The notes beneath the pieces are model-generated. The model was given only the letters and a program-made list of their open reading frames with translations. It was not told the DNA's origin and did no database searches. A stretch of DNA of 64,000 nt. It comes from Candidatus Poribacteria bacterium (GTDB lineage Bacteria > Poribacteria > WGA-4E > PCPOR2b). Location of the stretch: contig OZ244587.1 of assembly GCA_965218095.1 (NCBI GenBank), positions 640,001-704,000 on the forward strand, given 5' to 3'. This document shows, in pieces, positions 1 through 10,504 of the stretch. Within the stretch, counting starts at the first letter, position 1. Every line of letters begins with the position of its first letter. Position numbers and translations under genes: made by a program.

Positions 1-200
1 TCTCTAGTGAGAAGGTCGTCCACCGTGTCGAGGACAGTCGTGACGCCGTAGCGGTCGGCGAAAGCCTGCCGGCGGTCTCGCGCCTGATCCACCAGTGCAA
101 CGATTTCACAGTCGGGGTGGTTGGCGTAAGCGCGTAAATAGAAACGCCCCCATGTCCCGGCGCCTCCGACGACGGCAACTCGGTATTTTTTTGTTGGCAA
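1..200 (-). CDS. Gfo/Idh/MocA family oxidoreductase, N-terminal part (runs off the window start)
   Basis: Manual translation: MPTKKYRVAVVGGAGTWGRFYLRAYANHPDCEIVALVD... (Rossmann N-terminus); TTG start at 200 with AGGAG RBS. Confidence 0.8.
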   Translation of the reverse strand, partial: MPTKKYRVAVVGGAGTWGRFYLRAYANHPDCEIVALVDQARDRRQAFADRYGVTTVLDTVDDLLTR

Positions 201-225
201 AATTTAACTCCTTTCGTCCTTATTT

Positions 226-2325
226 TCAAATTCTAGTCAGAATCAAATTCCCGAACTTGTCGACCTGCGCCTGATAGCCGGGGTGGATAACCGTTGTAGA
301 ATCGATTTCTTCAACAATCGCCGGGCCCTCCAAAACGCCTCCAGGGCCCAGACGGTAGCGGTCATAGATGGGGCATTCAACGTAACCGTCGCTTTCGGCA
401 AAGTACACAGATCGAGTCGCTTTCTGCGCTGCCATGGCGTTTGTGTTGTTCCCTTCCAACTCGCGGAGGCGGGGCTTGGCAATCTTGCCGAGCGCGGTGA
501 GCCGCAGGTTCACGAATTCGACCGGTTCTTCCGGCGCACTGTATCCATAAGCACGGTCGTGCTCGATATGGAACCCGTCCAGAACCCGAGCAATCTCGAG
601 AGCGTCCAGCCGACCATCTGGTAACGGCACCGTCAACTCGTAACTTTGTCCCACATAGCGCATGTCCACTTGTCGCAGGAAGATGATGTCTTTTGGGCGC
701 ATTCCCTCCCGCTCCAGGCTCGCCCGTCCCTGCGCCTCCAACTCTCGGTAGGTCTCCTCCACCGCCACCGCATCCAGTTGATCGATTCGTTGGATAAGCG
801 TTGTGGAGTAGTCGTGCTTGAGGTCTGTTACCAGCAGCCCCATGGCTGAGGTTGTACCGGGGCTCATGGGGATGATAGTGGTAGGCGCCTCAATCTCCGC
901 CGCCAAACGGTTGGCGTGTACCGGTCCTGCCCCGCCAAAAGCCATCAGGACGAAGTCTCTGGGGTCGTAGCCGCGCTGAACTGAAATTAGGCGCAGGGCG
1001 TTCACCATGGCGGCGTTGGCGATCTCCACGATGCCGTGCGCAGCCGCGACCACGTCCAGTCCCAACGGATCAACGCACTTCTCCTTTATTGCCCGCCGTG
1101 CGGCATCCACATCCAGTTCGATCTCCCCGCCAAGGAAGTAGCGAGGATTAAGCCGTCCCAACACCAGATTGGCATCGGTGATGGTGGGTTCTACCCCGCC
1201 TTTGCCATAGCACACCGGACCGGGGTTAGCGCCCGCGCTCTGCGGACCGACTCGCAGCACATCGCCGGAGTCCACCCAGGCGATAGAACCACCGCCTGCG
1301 CCAATCTCCACAAGGTCTATCACGGGCGTTCGGATAGGATAGCCCCCACCACGAGAGGCGCCCACGCCGGCTTGGGCAGCCGTCCCCACCTCGTAGTCCT
1401 TGGTCACTCGTGGCGTGCTGTCCCGGATGAGCCCGGCCTTCGCTGTGGTGCCCCCCATGTCTAGGGAGATGACATCTGGGTGTCCTAGCGTGGCGCCGAG
1501 ATAGGTCGCTGCGATGACGCCTGCCGCTGGGCCTGACTCTACCATGAAGACCGGCTTCTCGCTAGCTGCTGCAAAGGTGAACACCCCGCCGCTGCTCTGC
1601 ATCACGAGCAGTTCAGCCTCCAGGCCTTCCTCCCGCAGCCGAGCCTTGATGCTCTGAAGGTAACGCTCCACGACCGGGCGGATGGAAGCGTTGATGACTG
1701 TGGTACTTGCCCGAAAATACTCCCGGAACTCTGGCGCTACCTCGGACGAAAGGGAGATGACGACATCGGGGAAGACCTCGCGTAGAATCTCGCGTGTCCG
1801 TGTCTCATGGTTTGGATTGATGTAGGAGTGAAGGAAGCAGACAGCAATCGACTCCACCCCCTCTCGGTGAAGCTGTTCAGCGACGTCCCTCGCCGCATTT
1901 TCATCAAGCGGCGTGAGCACATTTCCTTGGGCGTCCAGTCGCTCTGGCACACCGAAGCACAAATAGCGGGGCGTCAGTGGTCGAGGCTTTTCAAATTGTA
2001 AATCATAAAGCGACGGGCGTATCTGGCGCTGAATCTCCAGCAGATCGCGGAAGCCTTCCGTCGTGATGAAACCTGTGCGAGCGACCTTGCCTTCAATAAT
2101 CGAGTTGGTTGCCACCGTCGTGCCGTGCACAACATATTCGACTTCGTCCGGCGACACGCCACCTTCACGCAGCATACGATGGGTCGCTTCCATGAATCCC
2201 TGTGAAGGGTCCTGGGGCGTCGACGGGACCTTGCCGACACGAATCTCACCCGTGACCTCATTGATCAGCGTCGCATCGGTGAAAGTCCCCCCGATGTCAA
2301 CGCCTAGACGATACCTGTAAGCCAT
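226..2325 (-). CDS. Hydantoinase/5-oxoprolinase A subunit (ATP-binding)
   Basis: Motifs GVDIGGTFTD, HGTTVATN, ESGPAAG, DMGGTT, GAGGGS, FGGAGP; start moved to ATG 2325. Confidence 0.95.
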   Translation of the reverse strand: MAYRYRLGVDIGGTFTDATLINEVTGEIRVGKVPSTPQDPSQGFMEATHRMLREGGVSPDEVEYVVHGTTVATNSIIEGKVARTGFITTEGFRDLLEIQRQIRPSLYDLQFEKPRPLTPRYLCFGVPERLDAQGNVLTPLDENAARDVAEQLHREGVESIAVCFLHSYINPNHETRTREILREVFPDVVISLSSEVAPEFREYFRASTTVINASIRPVVERYLQSIKARLREEGLEAELLVMQSSGGVFTFAAASEKPVFMVESGPAAGVIAATYLGATLGHPDVISLDMGGTTAKAGLIRDSTPRVTKDYEVGTAAQAGVGASRGGGYPIRTPVIDLVEIGAGGGSIAWVDSGDVLRVGPQSAGANPGPVCYGKGGVEPTITDANLVLGRLNPRYFLGGEIELDVDAARRAIKEKCVDPLGLDVVAAAHGIVEIANAAMVNALRLISVQRGYDPRDFVLMAFGGAGPVHANRLAAEIEAPTTIIPMSPGTTSAMGLLVTDLKHDYSTTLIQRIDQLDAVAVEETYRELEAQGRASLEREGMRPKDIIFLRQVDMRYVGQSYELTVPLPDGRLDALEIARVLDGFHIEHDRAYGYSAPEEPVEFVNLRLTALGKIAKPRLRELEGNNTNAMAAQKATRSVYFAESDGYVECPIYDRYRLGPGGVLEGPAIVEEIDSTTVIHPGYQAQVDKFGNLILTRI

Positions 2326-2423
2326 AGCAAAATTGCGGCAGAACCTCCGCCGCACCTCCTATCTCAGAATCACCATTCGCTTCTTGGCGGTAAAATCCCC
2401 TGTTTGGGTGTCAGTAATTGGGT

Positions 2424-2601
2424 TCATTCGTCTTCATCGCTCTCGTGTGTTGACTGATTTTGCTTGATGTATTCCAACACATCAGCGAGCGTCACCTCAG
2501 CAGATGCCTCCACATTCTTTTCATCACCAACGTGTTTATGATGCGGAAAAGTCGGGATTTTTCTCTAATGTTGGGCATTGTCCCATTGGATTTTGAGTTT
2601 A
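2424..2601 (-). pseudogene. DUF6516/TumE-like toxin-antitoxin gene fragment
   Basis: Manual translation IQWDNAQH*RKIPTFPHHKHVGDEKNVEASAEVTLADVL matches the WDNAxH..TFPHHKH motif; internal TAG at 2565-2567; no N-terminus. Confidence 0.65.
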
Positions 2602-3026
2602 CTATCGGGCTCGCTCCAATGACGAATCCATGATTGTCGGTGATGGTGAACTCTTTTTCACCTTTCTGGTGTTTGTCTCTAGAATAACCGATGCCATCGC
2701 CCCTTTTTTAACAGCGGTATTTGACCCAACCCCATCAAGTCGTGAGGCGTCGAGTTGGATGGTCATCCAGACCCCGATACGTTTTCGCTCATCGAAGAAT
2801 ATACATCTCACTGCGTCTTGAGGATAGATCTGGATGGAACTTGTATCCTTGAATCAGATGGTGTGAGTTGGAATTCTGTTTCCTAAACGTAAGGTTACCA
2901 ACCGATTGGTGATGATTTGGGTCATAAAACGGTCTCATTCTTCAAAATATCCGCCGCAAAATGAACCCTTCGACAGGCTCAAGGTAGGCTTTTCCAAAGG
3001 GTTCGTTGGACTTCTCACGCACGCCC

Positions 3027-4754
3027 TCAGTGACCTGAACGCAGCCTAGCAGTCTCCTCTGTGTCGACGATCCAGGTAGCTGTATCGATAGCGACTTTAT
3101 AGACCTCCCGCGCCCGTGTCAGGCCCACCTTGCCCTCGCGCACATCGCGCAGCACCAACTGCGGGTCACGCTCCTCTGGCAGACTGTAACCCCCTCCACC
3201 GCAGGACTGTATACGCATGACATCCCCCGGCTGGAGTTGAACCGTCACTTTCGAGCCAAGTTTGACAGCCTTGCCGTCGGGATTCAGCACATAGCGTGCC
3301 ACCTGCCCATCGTGTCCGCCAAAAAGCCCCCACGGCCCCCATCGATCTCGATCCGCCAGGATGGTGAACGAAACTTCATGGTCAAAGAAGTAGTCACGAC
3401 GCAACCCAAGCCCGCCGCGATGTTTTCCCGGTCCGTCTGAATCGTCCACGAGCTCGTAGCGGATGATGCGTACCGGGTAGTTGATTTCGGTCTCTTCAAT
3501 CGGCGCATTTTCGGTGTTTTGACCGTGGCACTGCACGGCATCGGGACCATCACTAGTCGCCCGACCGCCGTAACCGCCAGCCATCGTCTCGTAATAGGCG
3601 TAAATCTCACCGGTGCGAGGGTCGGTTCCCCCAAAACCCATCTGGCACATCATCGCCTTGGTGCCAGCCGGAACCCGGTTGGGGAGAGCAGGCGCCAGCG
3701 CCTTGAGGAGAACGTCACTCAACCGCACCTGTGTCTCCCAGCCTCCGACCACCGGCGCTGGCGGCGTGCAGTTGACCACCGTCCCCAGCGGGGCGTCTAT
3801 GTGGACCAAACGATAGAAGCCCGCGTTGACCGGTATGTCCGGATCGATGAGACTTTTCAGTACATAAGCGCAGGCGGAGAAGGTCTGGGCATATGTGGAA
3901 TTGACGGGCGCCCGCCGTTGCAGTTCGGAGCCGGTCAGATCGAAAAGGACGCCGTCCTCGTCAATGACCATTTTTCCCACAAGACGCACCGGTTTATCGG
4001 TATAACCATCGTTGTCAACGTAGCCGTCAGCCGTGAAGACGCCCTGGGGGAGTTTTGCCACTTCTGCTCGTGTGCGGCGCTCGGTGTAGGCAAGCAACTC
4101 GTCGATGTAGAAAGCGACTGTTTCAGTCCCCATTCGGTCCAGGAGCGCATTCAGCCGGCGCACGCCGGTGTTGTTGGCTGCTACCTGCGCCCGAAAGTCG
4201 CCCGCCGTCTCGCGCTTGGAACGAATCTGTGCCAACACCAACTGGAAAATGTCCTCAACAATCTCTCCTCCTTGCACCAACTTTACCGGCGGGATAATAA
4301 CTCCCTCTTGATAGACCTCGCGGAAGGCGCCGATGCTGGCTGGCGCTCCGCCGCCTACATCCACATGGTGAGCCAGGTTGGCAACATAACCGAAGAGTGC
4401 ATCATTGTGGTATACGGGTGAGATGAGGGTGATATCGTTGAGGTGGACACCGCCGAGGTAGGGATCGTTGGAGAGAATCGCATCGCCCGGTCTCAGGTTC
4501 TCAGGCCCATATTCGCTAATCACTTTCGGCACAAGTTCAGCTAACGAGCCTAGATGAACGGCTTGGGTGAAGGACTGAGCGACAGGTTGCAACTGGCGGT
4601 CAAAAAACGCGCACGAAAAATCGGCGCGGGTCTTGATGTTGGTCGAGTAGGCGCTGCGCCGCAGGGCGATTGTCATTTCCTCCGTCGCCTCTATCAGGGC
4701 GTTGCGGATGACCTCAAAGTTGATTGGATCGAATGTTGATTTCATAGTCTGCAA
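3027..4754 (-). CDS. Hydantoinase B/oxoprolinase family protein (paralog 1)
   Basis: DFSCAFFD, NDPYLGGVHLND, HHVDVGG, EGVIIPPVKL, GGYGG, GGGGY. Confidence 0.95.
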   Translation of the reverse strand: MQTMKSTFDPINFEVIRNALIEATEEMTIALRRSAYSTNIKTRADFSCAFFDRQLQPVAQSFTQAVHLGSLAELVPKVISEYGPENLRPGDAILSNDPYLGGVHLNDITLISPVYHNDALFGYVANLAHHVDVGGGAPASIGAFREVYQEGVIIPPVKLVQGGEIVEDIFQLVLAQIRSKRETAGDFRAQVAANNTGVRRLNALLDRMGTETVAFYIDELLAYTERRTRAEVAKLPQGVFTADGYVDNDGYTDKPVRLVGKMVIDEDGVLFDLTGSELQRRAPVNSTYAQTFSACAYVLKSLIDPDIPVNAGFYRLVHIDAPLGTVVNCTPPAPVVGGWETQVRLSDVLLKALAPALPNRVPAGTKAMMCQMGFGGTDPRTGEIYAYYETMAGGYGGRATSDGPDAVQCHGQNTENAPIEETEINYPVRIIRYELVDDSDGPGKHRGGLGLRRDYFFDHEVSFTILADRDRWGPWGLFGGHDGQVARYVLNPDGKAVKLGSKVTVQLQPGDVMRIQSCGGGGYSLPEERDPQLVLRDVREGKVGLTRAREVYKVAIDTATWIVDTEETARLRSGH

Positions 4755-4953
4755 TCTGAGAACCTCTCTGTGCGTGAAACGTGATTATAGAACAAATTTG
4801 TAGAATAAACGGATTCGGGACAATCTGCTAATTCTGTCAATCTGTGTTCTAGCTGCTGCACTTTTTGTAGAAATCTTCCTTCCCTTCCAGTTGATTTGTC
4901 CCGATGGATCGGGATCTCGCTACGCTAGAGACTTGATTACTCATGTGCTCATT

Positions 4954-5439
4954 TTATTCTAGTCGCTGGAAGGCCAGCCGCTCACCAACGAACCCCTCAC
5001 GCCACACGCTATTACACGCCTGCGCCATCTCCTCAAGATTTTCCATGACTTCTGCGAAGCGATTACCGGGCACAGGACCCATCGTAGGCGAAAAGAGAAA
5101 GTTGTCCCGTCCGTAGAAAATTGCGAGATCTACCATACCGATGCTGTAGGCGACTTCACGCACGTCCGGATTCGTAATGGTACCGGGCGGGAAGAAGAAA
5201 TAGAGTAGATCACCCGGAATTGGCAGGATAGTCGGGTTTTCGAGCCCAATCTCGCTTGGCGCAAAAGGTGGAACAAGTGTGTAAACTTCGTTGCTCGCAT
5301 ACTTGGCATGAAAGGCGTCGCCTTCCTGTGGAAGTGCGTTCCACACCGCCTCGCAGGTCTTCGGCGCAAGGTCATCAAGCAATTGTGCGACGCAACTCAC
5401 GCCGCGCTTCCTGAGCGTCACCTCAATGTATTGAGCCAT
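4954..5439 (-). CDS. DUF3830 family protein (cyclophilin-like fold)
   Basis: APKTCEAVWNALP, HAKYASNEVY, ENPTILPIPGD, DLAIFYGR. Confidence 0.85.
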   Translation of the reverse strand: MAQYIEVTLRKRGVSCVAQLLDDLAPKTCEAVWNALPQEGDAFHAKYASNEVYTLVPPFAPSEIGLENPTILPIPGDLLYFFFPPGTITNPDVREVAYSIGMVDLAIFYGRDNFLFSPTMGPVPGNRFAEVMENLEEMAQACNSVWREGFVGERLAFQRLE

Positions 5440-6181
5440 CTTTTTCTCCATGATTGTCAGGTATAACTGCCATCAATTGACCCAGCTTTGATTGAGGGGT
5501 TAAGCGACCTGCAAGCCGTAATGCTTCCCACATCGTCACTTGATTCGCTGTCAACACTGTTTTTCCCACTTCTGCTTCGAGTTCAAACAGAAAATCAACG
5601 GTATGCAGCGCCGTGTCGGGAATCAGCACCGCTTCAGCGTCGGGGTGGTCGTTAGCACACGCGAAGCGTAATACCACCTCGCGTCCTATGAGCCCCACTT
5701 CATCCCCCGTCCAGATGCCTAGGCAATCCATGTGCACCACTTCAACACCGCCTTCAGTCAGAAACGAACGAAAGGCATTTGACAAGTCTTCGGGATACGT
5801 CGCGGCAACAACGACGCGCTTCAAACCAAGCGCATGGATGGCGCTGAGAAATGCCAGCGACGTGCTCGATGCCGGTACGCCCAACACATCAGCGATATCT
5901 TGTGCCTGACGCTGTGCCCCTGCTACGCCAAATGCGAAACTGCCGCTGGTACATGCCCATAAGCAGACGGCGACGTTGTAAGCCCGCAGCGCCTCCGCAC
6001 CAGACAAAAGACATTTCCGACTGCCAGTGACACGGCTTTCCTGAATCCGATGTAGGTTGGGGCTGTCAGTATGGACAATCTGGACTTGAACCGGCGGTGC
6101 AAGCGCGGCAGCGAGTCGTTGATAGTCGTCCTCCGCCGAGTGAAGGGGGTAGAGGATGCCAATGTGCAGCGGGTATTTCAT
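5423..6181 (-). CDS. Maleate isomerase/arylmalonate decarboxylase-like Asp/Glu racemase superfamily protein
   Basis: WACTSGSF, ATYP, PDTALHT, VLTANQVTMW. Confidence 0.85.
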   Translation of the reverse strand: MKYPLHIGILYPLHSAEDDYQRLAAALAPPVQVQIVHTDSPNLHRIQESRVTGSRKCLLSGAEALRAYNVAVCLWACTSGSFAFGVAGAQRQAQDIADVLGVPASSTSLAFLSAIHALGLKRVVVAATYPEDLSNAFRSFLTEGGVEVVHMDCLGIWTGDEVGLIGREVVLRFACANDHPDAEAVLIPDTALHTVDFLFELEAEVGKTVLTANQVTMWEALRLAGRLTPQSKLGQLMAVIPDNHGEKDGSIH

Positions 6182-6246
6182 ATCGTTTACTCTTTTAGGA
6201 GCTTTTAAAGCCTCAACATCCTATCCATCAGACGAGATCTGACAGA

Positions 6247-7377
6247 CTACGAGGTGAAGCGTGCCGCGGAGAGCGGGCCGGGATAGCGACCGTCTAGCGC
6301 CAGTTCCACCATGCGCTCGGCAGCCACGAGGCCGATTGAGTTGCCATAACCGCTGAATCCCACCGCAAAAACAACGCGCTTTTCGTCCGGAAGGGCGCCA
6401 ACGGCAACACGATGGTCCGGTGTGAATCCATGGATGCCAGCCCACTGCCGTTCAACATCGAACTCGACGCCCGGAAACCAGAGACGCAGATAGTTCACCA
6501 GATTCACATGCAGGTTCGGCGTTACGGCGTCTTCGGCGGTGTACTCCTGTGCCTCAAAGAACGCCCGTGCGCCTCCGATGAACAGGCGCCCATCCGGAAG
6601 CTGGCGGAAGTAATGGTTCTCGGTGATGCCCGCGACATGGATTAGACGTTCCACCGGCGTTGTCACTGCTACCTGCCCCCGTACAGGTCGAACAATACTA
6701 CGCAGATGTGGGTGCAGATCGCAGCCATAGCCGTTAGTGGCGATGTAGACTCGCTGACAGCGGATGTGCACTTGACGTCCGCACACAAGGAGCGACTCGC
6801 CCGCCGGCTCAATGGCATAAACCGTGTTATGGTCATAGAGCGTGGCGCCGGATGAAGCAGCGATGGCCTCGGTTAACCGCGCGGGATGCACCATGAAATC
6901 GTCTTCGACTTGCATCATCGCGGCGTAGCCGGCTGACCCGTAGGGATCACGATGCGAGAATTCAACTGTCGCGCCATCAGTTTCGAGTTCACGGGCCCAA
7001 TGCTCCAGTTCACGGGCTTCGGCGCGTGTCTCAGCAAGGTGGGCGGCCCCATCCTCAAGCGGGACGTCAAATTGATTCGCCAGCGAGCGCATCCGTACCA
7101 CGTTTTCGCACACCATGGTCAGGATTTCGCGGGCGGCTTCTCGCCCCAACTGCTTGATGAGGACCGGATACGTCTCACGTTGCGCGGTCAAAACGAACCC
7201 AGCGTTGCGGCCTGAAGCTCCAGCCGCCGGAAAACGCGCATCCACGAGCGCAACGTCGCGACCACGTTCCCGAAGGAGCATAGCCGTGTAAGAACCCACA
7301 ATTCCGGCGCCAATCACCACATCGTCATGTTCAGCCTGAATCGGATCCGGGACCTCCTGCCATACAGATACGGTCAT
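6247..7377 (-). CDS. FAD-dependent oxidoreductase (DAO/PuuB family)
   Basis: DVVIGAGIVG, GASGRNAGF, WAGIHGFTPD, GFSGYG. Confidence 0.9.
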   Translation of the reverse strand: MTVSVWQEVPDPIQAEHDDVVIGAGIVGSYTAMLLRERGRDVALVDARFPAAGASGRNAGFVLTAQRETYPVLIKQLGREAAREILTMVCENVVRMRSLANQFDVPLEDGAAHLAETRAEARELEHWARELETDGATVEFSHRDPYGSAGYAAMMQVEDDFMVHPARLTEAIAASSGATLYDHNTVYAIEPAGESLLVCGRQVHIRCQRVYIATNGYGCDLHPHLRSIVRPVRGQVAVTTPVERLIHVAGITENHYFRQLPDGRLFIGGARAFFEAQEYTAEDAVTPNLHVNLVNYLRLWFPGVEFDVERQWAGIHGFTPDHRVAVGALPDEKRVVFAVGFSGYGNSIGLVAAERMVELALDGRYPGPLSAARFTS

Positions 7378-7561
7378 GATAATGTGTCAACCTCCTCAGT
7401 ACCAGAGCAGCGTGCTCTTTTTCCACTTCTCGTATGCTAACAGAATAGCCAAAATTGTAGCACGATTCTCCAAAGATCAAACCAAAATGTTCCAAAAAAC
7501 GAGAAAAACGGTGCATCGAAAATACAGGTCTATCTCTACGGAATTGAACTGTAAACTCCCG

Positions 7562-8308
7562 CTACGGGGTTTCCTTGCTCAGATAATCATACACAATCTC
7601 TGCGTACCCCTCGGAAAAGCTGCGCTCCATATAAAAGGCATCTCCATATTTCAGCGGTGTCAGTGGGATGAGATCGCACAGAGGGGATGCGCCAAGAACA
7701 ACCCTCCCTTGTCCTTTTGCGGTGAAATGCACTTCCAAGTCCTGGATTGTCTTGCTGCAATCAATTAACTGCTTGAGGGCGGGCCCGGGCCCATCCGCTC
7801 TTGGAATAATCTTTAATCGCCACGCCGGGGTTAAGGCGGGCATTGCATCGTGGGGCGCAATTGTCTCCATGCTGGAACTGATGTTCAGAACCGGTACACC
7901 GCCGAGAGAGGTTTCCGTCACCATGCACCGATCCGCTTGGCGTACTTTTAACTCGGCGTAAACTTTCGGTGTTCCATAAATTTCCCTGCCCGCGGCGATG
8001 CCGGTAGGTCCATTATGAAAAACGTGGGAACAGTAGAACCCCGTCTGATTCCTGAAACGGCACTGCATCAGGATGAAGGATTCTTGAAAGGGTCCATAGT
8101 TGGTGCAGAAAGAGGCATTCAGTCCTGAAGCCACACAAAGCCCGTCCTCAGTCGCTTCCAACGGCTCAGGGAGAAAATCCTGAACAGCAGCAGGATTGGC
8201 GTGAAAGAAAACAAATTGAAACTTCACATTCCGATAGCCTGCCGGCAGCGGTGGATAAAAGGGATTGTCTGCTGGTATATTCCAGCCTCCATCGTGTTTT
8301 AACCGCAT
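7562..8308 (-). CDS. Acetoacetate decarboxylase-like family protein
   Basis: LPEPLE and GREIYGTPK (Schiff-base Lys motif). Confidence 0.85.
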   Translation of the reverse strand: MRLKHDGGWNIPADNPFYPPLPAGYRNVKFQFVFFHANPAAVQDFLPEPLEATEDGLCVASGLNASFCTNYGPFQESFILMQCRFRNQTGFYCSHVFHNGPTGIAAGREIYGTPKVYAELKVRQADRCMVTETSLGGVPVLNISSSMETIAPHDAMPALTPAWRLKIIPRADGPGPALKQLIDCSKTIQDLEVHFTAKGQGRVVLGASPLCDLIPLTPLKYGDAFYMERSFSEGYAEIVYDYLSKETP

Positions 8309-8321
8309 AACGTATATCCTC

Positions 8322-10094
8322 TTACGCATCACGCATCAAATTTGTAGCGTCCGGTTCCTGCTTCGTAACATCCTCCCCCCGCAGTTTTGCTGTCTCTGCC
8401 TCAGCCACTGTCCAAGTGTTGGGGTCGATCTCCACAAAGTAGATTTCCCTCGCTCGCTCCAGACTGACCTTGCCCTCGCGCACATCGCGCAGCACCAACT
8501 CCGGGTCGCGTTCTTCGGGTGGGCCATAGCCGCCACCACCGCAGGTACGATAGCTCACTACATCCCCTGGCTTGAGTTCGACCGTCACTTTCGAGCCAAG
8601 TCCGACAGCTTCGCCATCGGGGTTAAGCAGGTAGCTTGCCTTGAGGCCAGGCAGCCCGCCAAAGAGCCCCCATGGCCCCCAGCGGTCTCGATCCGCCAGA
8701 ATAGTGAAGGACGGCTCATGGTCAGAAAACAGGTAGTCCCGGCGCATCCCCAGCCCGCCTCTGTACTTGCCTGCGCCTTCTGAGTTCTCCACCAGTTCGT
8801 AGCGGGTGATGCGCACCGGGTAGTTGATTTCGGTCTCCTCAATTGGGGCATTCTCGGTGTTTTGTCCATGGGTCTGCACAGCATCGGGACCGTCGCTGGC
8901 GGCCCGTCCACCGAAACCGCCGGCCATGGTCTCCAAGAAACAGTAATATTCTCCCGTGCGCGGGTCGGCGCCACCGAAACCGGCGTGACACTGCATGGCT
9001 TTCGTGCCGGCCGGAACTCGGTCTGGCATGGCGGGGGACAGCGCCTTGAACATCACGTCGATCAGCCGAGTCTGGGTCTCCCAGCCTCCGACGACTGGGG
9101 CCGGGGCCGTGCTGTTGACCACTGTTCCCTCGGGAGCGAGCATGCGCACGAAACTGTAGAAGCCGGCGTTTATCGGCACATCGGGGTCAATTAAACACTT
9201 GAGGACGTAGGCACAGCCGGAAAAGGTCTGGGCATACGTGGAGTTCACCGGCGCCCGCCGCTGGGGGTCGCAGCCGGTCAAATCAAAGAGGATGCCATCG
9301 TCGTCAATGACAACCCTGGTCGTCAGGCGGACCGGCTCGTCCGTAAAGCCATCGTTATCCACATAGCCATCACCCGTAAAGATACCTTTGGGGAGATTTG
9401 CCACTTCTGCTCGCGTGCGACGCTCGGCGTAGGCGAGCAGTTCGTCACTGTAGAAGGTAAACGTCTCCGGTCCTAGCCGATCCATGAGCGCGTTCAACCG
9501 GCGCATACCGGTGTTATTCGCCGCTACCTGCGCTCGAAAGTCTCCTCCCGTCTCGCGCTTGGAGCGAATCTGGGCCAGCACCAGCCGAAAGATGTCAGGC
9601 ATCATTTCTCCTGCTCGCACCAGCTTGACTGGGGGAATGATGACGCCTTCCTGGTAGACCTCGCGGAAAGCACCGACGCTGGCAGGTGCCCCGCCGCCCA
9701 CGTCCACATGGTGAGCCACATTGGCGACGTACCCGAAGGGTTCATCATCGTAGTACACGGGGGAGATGAGGGTGATGTCATTGAGGTGGACACCCCCCAG
9801 ATAGGGGTCGTTGGCCAGGAGGGTATCGCCCGGTCCCAGGTTCTCGACCCCGTAATGCTTGACAGCCTTTGGCACCAGTTCGACCAGTGAACCTAAGTGA
9901 GTAGGCTGACCAAACGATTGCACCACGAGCCGTAGCCGGCGATCGAAAAAGGCACAGGAAAAGTCTGCCCGGGTCTTGATGTTGGTCGAGTACGCACTGC
10001 GTCGGAGGGCGATTGTCATCTCCTCCGCCGCCTCCATTAGTGCATTACGGATAACTTCAAACGTGATTGCATCCACTCGGGTTGGAGCTTGCAC
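8322..10094 (-). CDS. Hydantoinase B/oxoprolinase family protein (paralog 2)
   Basis: Same motifs as 3027-4754 with long identical stretches; GTG start with AGGAGG RBS. Confidence 0.95.
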   Translation of the reverse strand: MQAPTRVDAITFEVIRNALMEAAEEMTIALRRSAYSTNIKTRADFSCAFFDRRLRLVVQSFGQPTHLGSLVELVPKAVKHYGVENLGPGDTLLANDPYLGGVHLNDITLISPVYYDDEPFGYVANVAHHVDVGGGAPASVGAFREVYQEGVIIPPVKLVRAGEMMPDIFRLVLAQIRSKRETGGDFRAQVAANNTGMRRLNALMDRLGPETFTFYSDELLAYAERRTRAEVANLPKGIFTGDGYVDNDGFTDEPVRLTTRVVIDDDGILFDLTGCDPQRRAPVNSTYAQTFSGCAYVLKCLIDPDVPINAGFYSFVRMLAPEGTVVNSTAPAPVVGGWETQTRLIDVMFKALSPAMPDRVPAGTKAMQCHAGFGGADPRTGEYYCFLETMAGGFGGRAASDGPDAVQTHGQNTENAPIEETEINYPVRITRYELVENSEGAGKYRGGLGMRRDYLFSDHEPSFTILADRDRWGPWGLFGGLPGLKASYLLNPDGEAVGLGSKVTVELKPGDVVSYRTCGGGGYGPPEERDPELVLRDVREGKVSLERAREIYFVEIDPNTWTVAEAETAKLRGEDVTKQEPDATNLMRDA

Positions 10095-10261
10095 CTGTGG
10101 TACCTCCTTATATCTATCTATACACCTCATCGGGATGGCGGAATCAAAGAGAGCCTTTGAAAGGTTAGATTAGGTTATTGTACTAAGAGCCTATTAAGCT
10201 TTGAACAATTTTACCCTCACCAAAATCAGTAATAGCAAGGGTTGTGGATTTTAATTAGAGT

Positions 10262-10465
10262 TCATAAAATCTCTCGACTCACACAAAATTCTCCCCAATT
10301 GTCGGAGGAATGCAGGGGTCTGATTTTGGGGATTTGATGGAGACACACTTCACAAGGGACATTCCGAACAATCAGATAATTTTCGTCGTGGCGATAGATA
10401 TATTCGATACGACGACTCTCAAAATCGTCTTTTCCGCAAACTTGACAGATAGTGTTCTGTTTCAT
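10262..10465 (-). pseudogene. YgiT/MqsA-type zinc-finger antitoxin fragment
   Basis: CQVCG...YIYRHDENYLIVRNVPCEVCLH, after which similarity is lost. Confidence 0.65.
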
Positions 10466-10504
10466 GGTTTTCCTCGTGTCCTGATTTCCCTTCACGTTTC
10501 ACGC

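Noticed and set aside
3519-4421. Long antisense ORFs (also 29423-30112, 46574-47128, 62296-62883)
   Set aside because: Shadow frames opposite well-supported genes, with no motifs or RBS
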